A DNA stretch of 64,000 nucleotides, from contig CAVYGB010000002.1 of assembly GCA_963767925.1 (NCBI GenBank), positions 928,001 through 992,000 on the forward strand, given 5' to 3'. The notes under the pieces are model-generated. The model was not told the origin of the DNA, did not search any database, and saw only the letters and a program-made list of their open reading frames with translations. The stretch's first letter is position 1. Every line of letters begins with the position of its first letter. The position numbers and the translations under genes were made by a program. Origin of the DNA: an uncultured delta proteobacterium. GTDB lineage: Bacteria > Myxococcota_A > Polyangia > Fen-1088. Below are positions 32,945 through 44,677 of this stretch, in pieces.

Positions 32945-32973
32945 GGCCGCCCGCCCGCCGGCCCGAAAGCCGC

Positions 32974-33354
32974 ATGATTCCAGATCCAGTTCGCAAGTTC
33001 ATCGCCGAGCACATCGACTCGGTCGAGCAGCTCGAGGTGCTGATCTTGCTGCGGGCGAACCGGGACCGTGCCTTCACGGTCTCCGAGGTCAACGACCGGA
33101 TCAAGAGCAGCGCCACCTCGGTCGAGGGCCGGCTCTCCGATCTGACGGGGCAGGGCTTCCTCCAGCACACCGACCGCAGCTATCGCTACGAGGCCAGTCC
33201 CGAGGTGGACGCCACCGTGGCCGACCTGGCGAGCGCCTATGCCGAGCGGCGGGTGTCGGTGATCGAGCTCATCTTCTCCAAGCCCACCGACAAGCTCCGG
33301 GCCTTCGCCGATGCCTTCAAGGTGGGCAAGAAAAGGCGGGAACCAGATGGCTGA
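32974..33354 (+). CDS. Conserved hypothetical winged-helix-like protein
   Basis: FIAEHIDSVEQLEVLILL...AYAERRVSVIELIF...FADAF; overlaps the next gene. Confidence 0.75.
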   Translation: MIPDPVRKFIAEHIDSVEQLEVLILLRANRDRAFTVSEVNDRIKSSATSVEGRLSDLTGQGFLQHTDRSYRYEASPEVDATVADLASAYAERRVSVIELIFSKPTDKLRAFADAFKVGKKRREPDG

Positions 33355-33607
33355 GATCATCTATGCACTGTGTGCCTTGACCAGCTTCGCCTGCGCCGTC
33401 TTGCTGGGCCGGAGCTGGGTGCAGCAGCGGGAGCAGCGCCTGTTGCTCTGGAGCACGGCCTGCTTCGCCGCGCTGGCCCTCAACAGCCTCATCCTGGTGG
33501 TCGACCTGATCTTCGTGCCCGAGGTAGACCTCGGGCTGCTGCGGAACATCGTCGCCCTGGTGGGGGTAACTTTCCTGCTCGGGGGCCTCATCTGGGAGAC
33601 GACATGA
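33347..33607 (+). CDS. DUF5985 family 3-TM protein
   Basis: IYALCALTSFACAVLL...RLLLWS..CF...LIWE. Confidence 0.78.
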   Translation: MAEIIYALCALTSFACAVLLGRSWVQQREQRLLLWSTACFAALALNSLILVVDLIFVPEVDLGLLRNIVALVGVTFLLGGLIWETT

Positions 33608-33882
33608 TCGCGGCGGCCTTCCTGTCCGGGGCGATCATGCTGGCGTGCGCCGCCTGCGCGCTCTTTTTCCTTCGCTCCTGGCGGCGCACCGGCGACCGGC
33701 TGTTCGGTTTTTTCGCCCTCGCCTTCGCCCTGCTGGCGATCGAGCGCTGGACGCTGGTCCTGCTATCGGCGGCCTACGAGCTGGGCTATTCCATCTACGG
33801 GATCCGCCTGGCCGCCTTCGTCGTCATCCTGATCGCCATCGTCGACAAGAACCGGTCCGGGGATCGCCCCAACCCTCCCTGA
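33604..33882 (+). CDS. DUF5985 family 3-TM protein
   Basis: FFLRSWRRTGDRLF..FALAF...RLAAF..I..AIVDKNR; ATGA overlap. Confidence 0.78.
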   Translation: MIAAAFLSGAIMLACAACALFFLRSWRRTGDRLFGFFALAFALLAIERWTLVLLSAAYELGYSIYGIRLAAFVVILIAIVDKNRSGDRPNPP

Positions 33883-33887
33883 GCCGC

Positions 33888-36101
33888 TCAAGCGGCCGAG
33901 ATCCGCGCTTCGCCGGCGGCCGGCTCCTGGCTCAGCGCGCGGAGCAGCTCGCGCACCCGTCCCACGTCCGGCAGGCGGTAGCCCGCCCGGCTGTCGCCAG
34001 AGCCGACGTGAATGCTGCCCGCCCCGGCCGGCAAGGCGGCGAACAGATCTTCGTCGGTCCGGTCGTCCCCGATGGCGAGCAGGAACGCCCCGGGGTGTCG
34101 GCGCAAGATCCCGGGTACGATTCGACCCTTGTCGATCCCGTGCGGGCGCACCTCGATCACCTTGTTGCCGGCCAGGATCTCCAGGGGGGCGTTGCTCAGC
34201 AGCTCGTGCAGGTGAAGCCTCAGCTCGTTGGCCTGCTGCAAGCCGAACTCGGGGTCGGCCGCCCGGTAGTGCCAGCCCAGCCCGGCGGGCTTCTCCTCGA
34301 CCAGCGACCCGGGCGTGCGGCTGGCGTAGTCGTTCAGGATGGCGAGGACGCGGCTGCGCCAGGCCTGCACCGGCGGCTCGTCCGCCTGGCCCGCGCCGCC
34401 CGCCGGTCGAGACCACAGCCCGTGCTCGGCGTGCAGATGGATCGGTAGACCGCCCAGCCAGTGCTCGAGGGACTCCCGGGTGCGACCGCTGACCACGTGC
34501 ACCTCGGTCGACGGCCGGGCGGCCAGGGCTTGCAGCAGCGCCATCGCCTCTGCGTCGGGGCGGGCCAGGTCGGGCGTCTGGGCGAACGGGACCAGCGTGC
34601 CATCGTAGTCGAGGAGCAAGACCAGCGGTCGCGCGGCCCGGGCCCGCGCGAGCAGCTCGTCCAGCGCCGCCGGTTCGGAGATCTCGGGTCGCAGGCGGCG
34701 AACCTCGTCGGTCCGGGCCAACCTGTCGAGGATCAGCCCCGCCCAGCGATCCACGTTGTGAGACAGCACCCGCCCGCGCAACGCCCGCATGCGCGACCGC
34801 CGCTCCTCGAGCGGCATGTGGAGGGCGCGGTGGATGGCGTCGGCCGTCCCCTCGATGTCGTAGGGGTTGACCGGCACCGCCTCGGCAAGCTCGCTGGCCG
34901 CCCCCGCGAACTCACTCAGCAGCAGGACCCCATCCTCGTCCACGCGGGCGGCGACGAACTCCTTGGCGACCAGGTTCATGCCGTCGCGCAAGGGGGTCAC
35001 CAGCAGCGCGTCCGCCGAGCCGTACAGGGCGACCACCTCCTCGGGGGTCTCGTTTCGGTAGATGTAGTGGAGCGGCGTCCAGTCGGCGGTTCCGAACTCG
35101 CCGTTGATGCGCCCGATCAGCGTGTGCACCTGGTCCCGGAACTCGCGGTACCGCTCGACCCGGGTGCGGGAGGGGACCGCCACCTGGAGCAGTTTGACCC
35201 GACCGCGCAGCTCGGGGTATCGCCGCAACAGCGTCTCGAAGGCCAGCAGGCGGCGGGGGATCCCCTTCGTGTAGTCGAGCCGATCGATCCCTACCAGCAG
35301 GCGCATCCCCTCCGGCTGAACGGCCCGCAAGGCCGCCACCCGCTCTTGCACCTTCGGGCTCCGGGCCAGCCGCTCGAAGTCGGCGGCGTCGACCCCCATC
35401 GGGAAAACGCCCACCTCGACCCGCCGCCCCTGCCACCTTATCGCGTCCACCTCGAGCGGGGCGCCCAGGGTCCGCAGGGTGCACGAGCCGAAGTGGCGCA
35501 TGTAGGCGGCCGTATGAAACCCCACCAGGTCGGCGCCCAGCAGGCCCGAGAGCAACTTCTCCCGGAAGGGCAGCACCCGGAACACGTCCGACGAGGGAAA
35601 GGGGACGTGCAGAAAAAATCCGATGCGCGCGGCCGGTAGCCGCTCCCGCACCATCTGGGGCACCAGCATGAGCTGGTAGTCGTGGATCCAGATCAGATCG
35701 CCCGGACGATGTCGTTCCACCACCGCGTCCGCGAACCGCCGGTTCATCTTCTCGTAGAGATCGAAGCCGGGAAAACGATAGGGGAGCTGACCGACCAGAT
35801 AATGCAGGGTCGGCCAGAGCACGCCGTTGCAGAAGCTCTCGTAGAACCCCTCCACCTCCTCGGGGCTCAGCGCCACCGGCGCCAGCCGCCAGCTCTCGAG
35901 CTGCTCCGAAACCTTGGTCCCCTCGGCCGCCGTGAGCTCGCCTGCATCGCCGGGCCAGCCCACCCATACCCCGTTCGATCGCGCGTGCACGCCGGCGAGG
36001 CCGGTGGCCAGCCCGCCCGAGCTGCGCTGTAGCTGGAGCCCGCCCTCCGTCCTCGCCACCGACACCGGCAAACGATTCGACACGATCAGGACGCGGTTCA
36101 T
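33888..36101 (-). CDS. Bifunctional trehalose-6-phosphate synthase/phosphatase (OtsA-OtsB fusion)
   Basis: [37 protein letters not shown] motifs DYDGTL and GDDRTDED. Confidence 0.95.
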   Translation of the reverse strand: MNRVLIVSNRLPVSVARTEGGLQLQRSSGGLATGLAGVHARSNGVWVGWPGDAGELTAAEGTKVSEQLESWRLAPVALSPEEVEGFYESFCNGVLWPTLHYLVGQLPYRFPGFDLYEKMNRRFADAVVERHRPGDLIWIHDYQLMLVPQMVRERLPAARIGFFLHVPFPSSDVFRVLPFREKLLSGLLGADLVGFHTAAYMRHFGSCTLRTLGAPLEVDAIRWQGRRVEVGVFPMGVDAADFERLARSPKVQERVAALRAVQPEGMRLLVGIDRLDYTKGIPRRLLAFETLLRRYPELRGRVKLLQVAVPSRTRVERYREFRDQVHTLIGRINGEFGTADWTPLHYIYRNETPEEVVALYGSADALLVTPLRDGMNLVAKEFVAARVDEDGVLLLSEFAGAASELAEAVPVNPYDIEGTADAIHRALHMPLEERRSRMRALRGRVLSHNVDRWAGLILDRLARTDEVRRLRPEISEPAALDELLARARAARPLVLLLDYDGTLVPFAQTPDLARPDAEAMALLQALAARPSTEVHVVSGRTRESLEHWLGGLPIHLHAEHGLWSRPAGGAGQADEPPVQAWRSRVLAILNDYASRTPGSLVEEKPAGLGWHYRAADPEFGLQQANELRLHLHELLSNAPLEILAGNKVIEVRPHGIDKGRIVPGILRRHPGAFLLAIGDDRTDEDLFAALPAGAGSIHVGSGDSRAGYRLPDVGRVRELLRALSQEPAAGEARISAA

Positions 36102-36145
36102 GCTGGACAACTCCTTGGCGCACTGGCGCCGCCACCATCCGAGAC

Positions 36146-36160
36146 GCAATCCGTGTGCCG
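36146..36160 (-). promoter_or_regulatory. Sigma54 promoter of the trehalose gene
   Basis: CGGCAC-ACGGA-TTGC about 45 nt upstream of the ATG. Confidence 0.65.
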
Positions 36161-36390
36161 CCCGCGCCCCCATCGCCCGCGCGGCACCGAGGCGTGGGGC
36201 GGGCGGGCGACCCATGCGACCCCCGCTCGAAAGTCATTGAAGTCGAACGGTTTGTCGACGCGAGCGCGGGCGCTCGAGCGGGGCGATCCACCGAGGCGGA
36301 TTGCCCCGCGGGGCCAAAGGACACGCACGTCCGCCACGCGAGCCTGACAGCGATCGGTGCGGACGGCCCTCGAGCCGCTGACGGCCGGCG

Positions 36391-37113
36391 CTATCGCCCG
36401 GCAGGGCTGCCGAGGACCGAGGTCGAGAGCGCAGGTCGCTGGCGAACCGGGCTCTGGCCGAGGCGAACGAGGTCGAGATCGAGCTGCAGTCGGCCCCGTA
36501 TCCAGTCGAAGTCGCTCACCCACTCCCTGGAGACGAGGGCCTGCTTGCCCAGCCGCCAGGTCCGCGCGTCGATGGCCAGCTGGCGCACCATCCAGGTCGC
36601 CGCGTCGATCAGGACGTCGTCGACCCGACCCGCATGACCATCGCGGGCGAGCACCTCGAAGCCGACCAGACGGCGGGCGCCACGGAGGTGGGGGTCGTGG
36701 TCGGCGGGTTGATCGCCGACCAGTGACCCCGCGCAGCCGCTCTGCGCGGGGCGAAACGGCGGTTGACTCTCCGCGAAGCCTCGACCGAGGGCAGGCCAAT
36801 ATGCGGGCCAGCCGAAGTGCCGGTAGTAGAGCTCGACCTGGCGCTGCGAAAAGGGCTGGTTCACCTCGACCAGCGGACGTCTCTCCACCTGCAAGCGCGT
36901 GACGGTCAGATCGATGGACCGGCTCTGGACGTCCCAGCGCTGGACCGCCAGTGGGTGCATCAGGATCCGCCCAGCCTGCCCGGACCTGGGCTCGACCACC
37001 AGGTGTCGGACCTGCCAGGTGACTTCGTCGAACGAGATGTCGTGCAACTGCCCGAGCTCGCCGTCGCGGGCGTTGAGCTTGTAGGCGGTCAAATCGCTCA
37101 CACCGATGAGCAT
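36391..37113 (-). CDS. Tandem PRC-barrel domain protein
   Basis: Two repeats: ARDGELG..D..FDE..WQVRHLVV and ARDGHAG.V.D..ID..W.VR.L. Confidence 0.82.
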   Translation of the reverse strand: MLIGVSDLTAYKLNARDGELGQLHDISFDEVTWQVRHLVVEPRSGQAGRILMHPLAVQRWDVQSRSIDLTVTRLQVERRPLVEVNQPFSQRQVELYYRHFGWPAYWPALGRGFAESQPPFRPAQSGCAGSLVGDQPADHDPHLRGARRLVGFEVLARDGHAGRVDDVLIDAATWMVRQLAIDARTWRLGKQALVSREWVSDFDWIRGRLQLDLDLVRLGQSPVRQRPALSTSVLGSPAGR

Positions 37114-37140
37114 GGCAGTGGTCTCCGAGGGCCCGACGGA

Positions 37141-37155
37141 GCAAGCAACGTGCCA
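37141..37155 (-). promoter_or_regulatory. Consensus sigma54 promoter of the PRC-barrel gene
   Basis: TGGCAC-GTTGC-TTGC about 28 nt upstream of the ATG. Confidence 0.75.
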
Positions 37156-37461
37156 CCGGTCCGAGGATCGCAAGATGTCGAGCTGAGCTGCGCTCGGGTC
37201 AACGCCCGGTCGTTTGGCGTGAGAAGTCGACGCCTGGCCGGCCAACGTTGGTGGCACGTTGCCTCGACGAGGCAAAACGACACGTTCTGGGGACTGGATT
37301 GCGCCGTCCCACGATGGGGCGGCCATGGCGCCACGACCTCCTGCCGACGCACCGGCCTCTCGCTTCACGCGCCGGCTGCTGCCCGCGGTCGCCAGGGACG
37401 CGCCCGGCCGCCCGGCCCGGCCGCTGGCGATGCCGTGGTACGCTGCTCGTGCGATCTCCTC

Positions 37462-38586
37462 ATGGCCGTGTTCAACCTCGACTACGAAGGTGTCTGGCTG
37501 GGGCCGCTGGCCTCCGCGGGGGTGCTGCTGGCGGCATGGCTGCTGGGCCTGCTCATTCATCGCGTGCTGTTCTGGGCCCTGGAACGGCTGAGTCGGCGCA
37601 CCGTCACGGTCTGGGACAACCGGGCCATCGAATACACCCGCCGGCCGAGCCGGGTGCTGCTTCCCCTGCTGGTCCTGAACCTCGTGGTGCCGTCCCTGAC
37701 GATCCCGGTGGCCGCCCTCGGAGTCCTCCAGCACCTGACCAAGCTTCTGTCCATCGCGGCTATTGCCCACCTGCTGATCAGCCTGGTCTTCCTGCTCCGG
37801 GATTTGCTGCTCGCTCGCCACGATCTCGCCGCGGCCGACAACCTCCGGGCTCGCCAGATGCACACCCAGATCAGGGTGCTGGAAAAGGCCCTCATCTCCA
37901 TCGTGGTGGTGTCCACGGCGGCCTTCATGTTGATGACCTTCGACGGGATCCGTCAGGTCGGCGTCAGCATCCTGGCCTCGGCCGGCATCGCCGGAATCGT
38001 CATCGGGCTGGCGGCCCAGAAGAGCATCAGCACGCTGCTCGCTGGCGTGCAGATCGCGCTGACCCAGCCGATCCGAGTCGAAGACGTCGTCATCGTGGAG
38101 GGCGAATGGGGACGCGTCGAGGACATCACCCTCACCTACGTCGTCATCCGGATCTGGGACCTGCGCCGCCTGATCGTACCCATCACTTACTTCATCGAAA
38201 AGCCGTTCCAGAACTGGACCCGAGCCTCGTCCGAGATCCTCGGCACGGTCTTCCTGTACGTTGACTACACGATCCCGGTCGAGGAGGTTCGCCTGGAGCT
38301 GCGGAGGCTGGCAGAGCGATCCGACCTGTGGGACCGAAAAGTCTGCGGACTGCAGGTGACCGATTGCAAGGCCAACGTCCTGGAGCTGCGGGTCCTGGTC
38401 AGCGCCGCGGACGCCTCGAGAGCATGGGACCTGCGCTGCCATCTGCGCGAGGCGCTGGTGTCGTTCGTGCAGCGGAAGTACCCCCGCAGCCTCCCGCGCC
38501 TGCGGGCCGAGATCGGGGGGGATGGTGTTCCAGACGACAGGGAGAGTGGTCCGCCCCCGAGCTCGCCCACCGCGAACGCTACCTGA
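37462..38586 (+). CDS. MscS family mechanosensitive channel
   Basis: LASAGIAGIVIGLAAQ, PIRVED, GRVEDITLTY, KPFQNWT. Confidence 0.92.
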   Translation: MAVFNLDYEGVWLGPLASAGVLLAAWLLGLLIHRVLFWALERLSRRTVTVWDNRAIEYTRRPSRVLLPLLVLNLVVPSLTIPVAALGVLQHLTKLLSIAAIAHLLISLVFLLRDLLLARHDLAAADNLRARQMHTQIRVLEKALISIVVVSTAAFMLMTFDGIRQVGVSILASAGIAGIVIGLAAQKSISTLLAGVQIALTQPIRVEDVVIVEGEWGRVEDITLTYVVIRIWDLRRLIVPITYFIEKPFQNWTRASSEILGTVFLYVDYTIPVEEVRLELRRLAERSDLWDRKVCGLQVTDCKANVLELRVLVSAADASRAWDLRCHLREALVSFVQRKYPRSLPRLRAEIGGDGVPDDRESGPPPSSPTANAT

Positions 38587-38953
38587 CCAGCGCGTCCCAT
38601 GAACCTCGTCCGGCCTGGCGATCGAGGCCCGGCCACCCAGGGAAGCGGACCCGCAGGGCTCGGCCCCGGATCAGAGAGGTCCCTTCGCGCGGATGATCCA
38701 GTGACCGTCGGCCCCGAAGGCGCTGCAGCCGCCGGTGGCCCTCTCCGAGGCCCGCCGAGACCAAATTGAGGGCGATACCGTACCAGGAGGTCCTGGGGTT
38801 GATACGGGAGGGGGCAGATCTCGAAATTGGGCTGATATTGTGGCGCTGACGCGCCCGGTGACGCTGTCACGAAGCGCGCCTGGACGACGGCTGGCGGTCG
38901 CGGCGATCGCTCTGGTGGAGGCGACCTACCTTATATAGTAGGGGTCTCGGGCG

Positions 38954-40837
<1,884 letters not shown>

Positions 40838-40865
40838 CGGCGAGAGGCAAGTCCCCGCGTTGCCC

Positions 40866-40902
40866 GTTCGCCCTCGCCCCGCGGCAGCGGGGGAGGGGGA
40901 GG
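40866..40902 (-). repeat. REP-like copy between convergent genes
   Basis: GTTCGCCCTCGCCCCGCGGCAGCGGGGGAGGG. Confidence 0.8.
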
Positions 40903-40932
40903 TCTCTCGGCGCCGCGTTCGAGCGGGCGACG

Positions 40933-41319
40933 TCAGGCGCCCATCTTCGCCTTCATGTGGTCCAGGACCGCGAGGTGCTGGTGTTGCGGGCTGAACATGA
41001 TCACCTCGGCGTCCTTCTCGACGCGCACGCTGTGGCCGGGCGGCCAGTAGAAGAGGTCGCCGCCCTTGACCTCGTCCCGGGTGCCGTCCCGGTAGGTCAC
41101 CGTGAGGGCGCCCTCCGCGAGGTACCCCCAGTGCGGCGCCTGGCAGGCGTCGCCCTCCAGCCCCTGGAGCAGCGGGGCGATGTCGGTGCCCGCGCCGAGC
41201 GAGAAGTACTCCGCGCTCATCGTGCCGAACGCCCCCGCCTCTCCGAACCCCGTGCGCACGCGCGCGACGGCCCCGGGGGCCTGGAGCTTGACGGGCACAT
41301 CGTTCTTGTCGATTCGCAT
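40933..41319 (-). CDS. Cupin domain protein
   Basis: CQAPHWGY..G...GDLFYWPPGH; SD GGAGG. Confidence 0.85.
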   Translation of the reverse strand: MRIDKNDVPVKLQAPGAVARVRTGFGEAGAFGTMSAEYFSLGAGTDIAPLLQGLEGDACQAPHWGYLAEGALTVTYRDGTRDEVKGGDLFYWPPGHSVRVEKDAEVIMFSPQHQHLAVLDHMKAKMGA

Positions 41320-41376
41320 GTTGGTTCCTCCGTGTTTCGGGTTTCGGTCCTCTCGGCTGTCGCTGCCCACGCAGAA

Positions 41377-41392
41377 CAGACCGGTCGGTCTA
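41377..41392. promoter_or_regulatory. NemR-type TetR operator upstream of the cupin gene
   Basis: CAGACC-GGTC-GGTCTA, one mismatch from TAGACC-N4-GGTCTA. Confidence 0.75.
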
Positions 41393-41431
41393 GTAGCAGG
41401 CCCAAAAAAAAGTCCCCGGGGGCGACCGCTC

Positions 41432-42010
41432 CTACCGGGCCGTCGCCGAGTGAAAGTAGAAGTCGAGCATCGCCTGCAGCGGCGCCGGATCCCGCCGGAG
41501 CCGGGTGCGCAGCGCCGCCCCCTCCCAGCAGTCCACCAGGAGCTGGGCCATCTGGCGGACGTCCGCCCCGGGCGGAAGGTCCCCCGCGCGCCGGGCCTCG
41601 TCCAGGCAGCCGGCGATCCGATCCGCGATGGCGGTCAGGCACCAGTCGATCTTGCGCCGGAAGACCTCGCTCACCCCCGACAGCTCCTGCCCCACCCCGC
41701 CGAGGAGGCAGCCCAGATACCCCTGCTCGCGGTACTTGTCCCGCGTCGCCTCGAAGAACCCGCGCACCCGCGCGAGCGGCGCGCGCTGTCCGTCGCCCAG
41801 GCAAGCATCCAGCCCCGCGTGGACCTCCGTCATGTAGAGGTCGATCACCTGGAGCGCGAAGTCCTCCTTGCTCTCGAAGTGGTGATAAAACGAGCCCTTC
41901 GGGACGCCGGCGGCATCCAGAACCGCCTGGATCCCGAGATCGTTGTACCCCCGCTCGAGCAACATCCCGAGCCCCACCTCGAGCAGGCGCTGTTTGGTCG
42001 AATGGTTCAC
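41432..42010 (-). CDS. TetR family regulator, NemR-like
   Basis: GVPKGSFYHHFESKE, GCLLG..GQE, WEGA. Confidence 0.9.
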   Translation of the reverse strand: MNHSTKQRLLEVGLGMLLERGYNDLGIQAVLDAAGVPKGSFYHHFESKEDFALQVIDLYMTEVHAGLDACLGDGQRAPLARVRGFFEATRDKYREQGYLGCLLGGVGQELSGVSEVFRRKIDWCLTAIADRIAGCLDEARRAGDLPPGADVRQMAQLLVDCWEGAALRTRLRRDPAPLQAMLDFYFHSATAR

Positions 42011-42024
42011 GGGGGCGGACCGTC

Positions 42025-42040
42025 TAGACCGATTGGTCTA
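42025..42040. promoter_or_regulatory. NemR-type autoregulatory operator
   Basis: Perfect TAGACC-GATT-GGTCTA 14 nt upstream of the TetR start. Confidence 0.82.
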
Positions 42041-42190
42041 CGACCATGGTGCCACCGGTCCCCGGGGTCGTCAAGCCCTCCGCGCGGACGGCGCTGGCGG
42101 CCCGCACCGCCGCCGCGCTGTGTGAAAGGCGATGGTCGAGGCGAGATCGGCGAACACCGTCGGGGATCGGCACCATGTTGGACCAGGACG

Positions 42191-43579
42191 ATGGGCTTTT
42201 CCGGATGGATGGCGCTGGGCGGGGCGGTTCTGCTCGCGGTCGGGCTGTCTTCGGGGGTGCTGCGGCGCCTGCCCATCTCGTCCGCGATCGTCTATCTGGC
42301 GGTGGGGCTGGCGCTGGGGCCGCTCGGGTTCGGCTGGCTGAACATCGAGGTGCGGCGCGCGACGCCCTGGCTGGAGCGGCTGACCGAGGTGGCGGTCGTC
42401 GTGTCGCTGTTCATCGGCGGGCTCCGGCTGCGAGCCCCCCTTTGGGCGCCACCCTGGCGGGCGGCGTTCCTCCTCGCCGGGCCGGTCATGATCCTCAGCA
42501 TCGCCGGAGTGGCCCTGTTCGCGCACCTGGCGCTGGGGTTGCCGGCGGCGCCGGCGCTCCTGCTCGGCGCAATCCTCGCGCCCACCGATCCGGTCCTGGC
42601 CAGCGCGCTGGCCGTCAAGGACGCCTCCGATCGGGATCGCCTCCGTTACGGTCTCTCGGGCGAGGCGGGCCTCAACGATGGGATGGCCTTCCCGTTCGTG
42701 GTCTTCGCCCTGCTGTGGGCGGGTCACGAAGGTCCGGGCCTCTGGATGGCCGGCTGGGCCGCCCACCGGCTGCTCTGGGCGGTGGTGATCGGCCTGGCGG
42801 TGGGCTTCCTGGCCGGTCTGGGGGTCGGGCGCATGGCCATGACCCTGCGTCGAGGTCAGCCGGACGACGCGGCCCCGAACGATCTGCTCGCCCTGGGCCT
42901 CATTGCCCTCTCCTACGTGGTGACCGACCTCCTCGGCGGCTGGGGCTTTCTCGCCGCCTTTGCCGCCGGCTTCGGCCTGCGCCGCGCGGAGATCGAGGTG
43001 GTGAAGGACAATCCCCACCCCGACGCCGAGACGGCCGAGCCCCCGGAGGGTGGAGAGCCCCATGCCCATCCACCCGCCGAGGATCTCGTGTCGGCCGGAG
43101 TGAAGGCCAGGGATCTCGAACGGCCCGCCGTGGCGGCCGGCGTGCTGGTCGCCGATGCGCTCTCCTTCGGCGACACCGCCGAACGTCTGCTCGAGCTGAC
43201 CCTCATCGTGCTGGTCGGCGCCTGCCTGGTCACCCACTGGGACGCGCGGGCCCTGCCGCTGGCCCTGGTGCTGTTTTTTGTCATCCGCCCGGCGGCCGTG
43301 GCGCTCTGCCTGCGCCGCTCGCCCACCAGCCGGCCACAGCGCCTGCTGATGGGCTGGTTCGGCCTGCGGGGCATCGGCAGCCTCTATTACCTGACCTACG
43401 CCCTCCGGGAGGCCGGCGCCGCGGGCCCCGCCTCCTCGATCGCCAACCTCACGATCAGCGTCGTCGCCCTCAGCGTGCTCCTGCACGGCATCTCGTCCCG
43501 CCCCCTCCTCCACCGCTATCAACGCTCCCTCGAGCGCCACCCCCCGCCCGCCCCCGCACAGGACGACCGGTCTCCCTGA
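42191..43579 (+). CDS. CPA1/NhaP-type cation:proton antiporter
   Basis: LAPTDPVLA, GEAGLNDG, GWFGLRGIGS; many TM helices. Confidence 0.9.
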   Translation: MGFSGWMALGGAVLLAVGLSSGVLRRLPISSAIVYLAVGLALGPLGFGWLNIEVRRATPWLERLTEVAVVVSLFIGGLRLRAPLWAPPWRAAFLLAGPVMILSIAGVALFAHLALGLPAAPALLLGAILAPTDPVLASALAVKDASDRDRLRYGLSGEAGLNDGMAFPFVVFALLWAGHEGPGLWMAGWAAHRLLWAVVIGLAVGFLAGLGVGRMAMTLRRGQPDDAAPNDLLALGLIALSYVVTDLLGGWGFLAAFAAGFGLRRAEIEVVKDNPHPDAETAEPPEGGEPHAHPPAEDLVSAGVKARDLERPAVAAGVLVADALSFGDTAERLLELTLIVLVGACLVTHWDARALPLALVLFFVIRPAAVALCLRRSPTSRPQRLLMGWFGLRGIGSLYYLTYALREAGAAGPASSIANLTISVVALSVLLHGISSRPLLHRYQRSLERHPPPAPAQDDRSP

Positions 43580-43870
43580 AGGCGCGCCCGAGCGGGGAGT
43601 TTCGACCGGGTGGAACGTGCGGGGGGCTGACACAAAACGCGACCGGGAATCCGGGAGGTGGCGGCAACATCGGCGGGGGGGTGCCGAGAAGGTCGGCGTG
43701 ATTCAATTCCAGGCTGTTTCCGGTTCGCGCGTGTCGGAGGACCTGTTCGCCGAGGGCCTATCGAGAGCCGGGCCTCTGGCCCGCGCCGCGGCGGCGGGTG
43801 GCGGAGACCAGATCGAGCTGGCTGCCCGACCGGAGGCGGCGTCGAGCCTGGAGCGGCTGTTCCGCCTAGT

Positions 43871-44593
43871 CTAGCGCGCGTCCGGCGCGGCAGGGGTGGG
43901 TTGCGGCTGGTGCAGGCCGAAGGCGGCGCCTTGGGGGTCTTCGCAGGCGGCGGCGCGATCGCCGGTTGCGGTTCGCCAGGGGGGGAGGGCCAGGCCGCCG
44001 GCGGACTGCACCTTGCTGATGGCGGTGTCGATGTCGGGGACGGTGAAGTGGAACAGCCACTGCGGGTGGACCTGGGGGGGGCGGGCGGTGTTGGCCATGC
44101 CGCCCACGGTTACGGCCGATCGGTCCCAGGAGAACATCTGCTGGCGACCCGGGGCCGGGCCCAGGTCGACGGCCTCGGTGGCGGCCCAGCCGAAGAGCTC
44201 GGCGTACAGCGCGAAGGTCCGGCCCTCGTCCTCTCCGCAGTGCTGGTGCCAGCCCACGGCGGTCGGACCAGCCTCGGCGATCGCCCCCCGCACTCCCAGC
44301 GGCGCGCCGAACGGATCCCGCAAGATCGCCTGCAGCACGCCATCGTCGCCGGGGTGCAACGGCCTGAGCTGGACGCCGCCCAGCGCCACCATGCGTCCCG
44401 CCGCTGCCTCGACGTCGGCCACCCCGACATAGCCCCGCCAGTTGGCCGGCACGCCCAGCGCGGCCAGCCGCTCCGGCAGCGGCCCCACCGACACATCCAG
44501 CGCCCAGAACCCGGCCCCCAGCACCCCCGCGTAAAACGCCCGCCCCGCCTCCACATCCGTGGTCAGCAACTGGTACCGGCCAAACCGCTCCAT
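43871..44593 (-). CDS. Two-domain VOC/glyoxalase family protein
   Basis: TTDVEAGRAFY, YVGVADV, DPFGA, YAELFGW, DPQGAAF. Confidence 0.85.
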   Translation of the reverse strand: MERFGRYQLLTTDVEAGRAFYAGVLGAGFWALDVSVGPLPERLAALGVPANWRGYVGVADVEAAAGRMVALGGVQLRPLHPGDDGVLQAILRDPFGAPLGVRGAIAEAGPTAVGWHQHCGEDEGRTFALYAELFGWAATEAVDLGPAPGRQQMFSWDRSAVTVGGMANTARPPQVHPQWLFHFTVPDIDTAISKVQSAGGLALPPWRTATGDRAAACEDPQGAAFGLHQPQPTPAAPDAR

Positions 44594-44677
44594 CCCGCCC
44601 TTCCTACGCCCGCCCCGGCCGGCGCGCAAGCTGGGGCGGGGTCTTGAAAGAATGTGCCGCCCATGTATCGCTGAGCC

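Noticed and set aside
37253..37267. Sigma54 promoter for the MscS gene (TGGCACGTTGC...)
   Set aside because: Lacks the -12 GC at the required spacing.
43699..43874. Small ORF MIQFQAVSG...
   Set aside because: No recognisable motif; cannot be supported from sequence alone.
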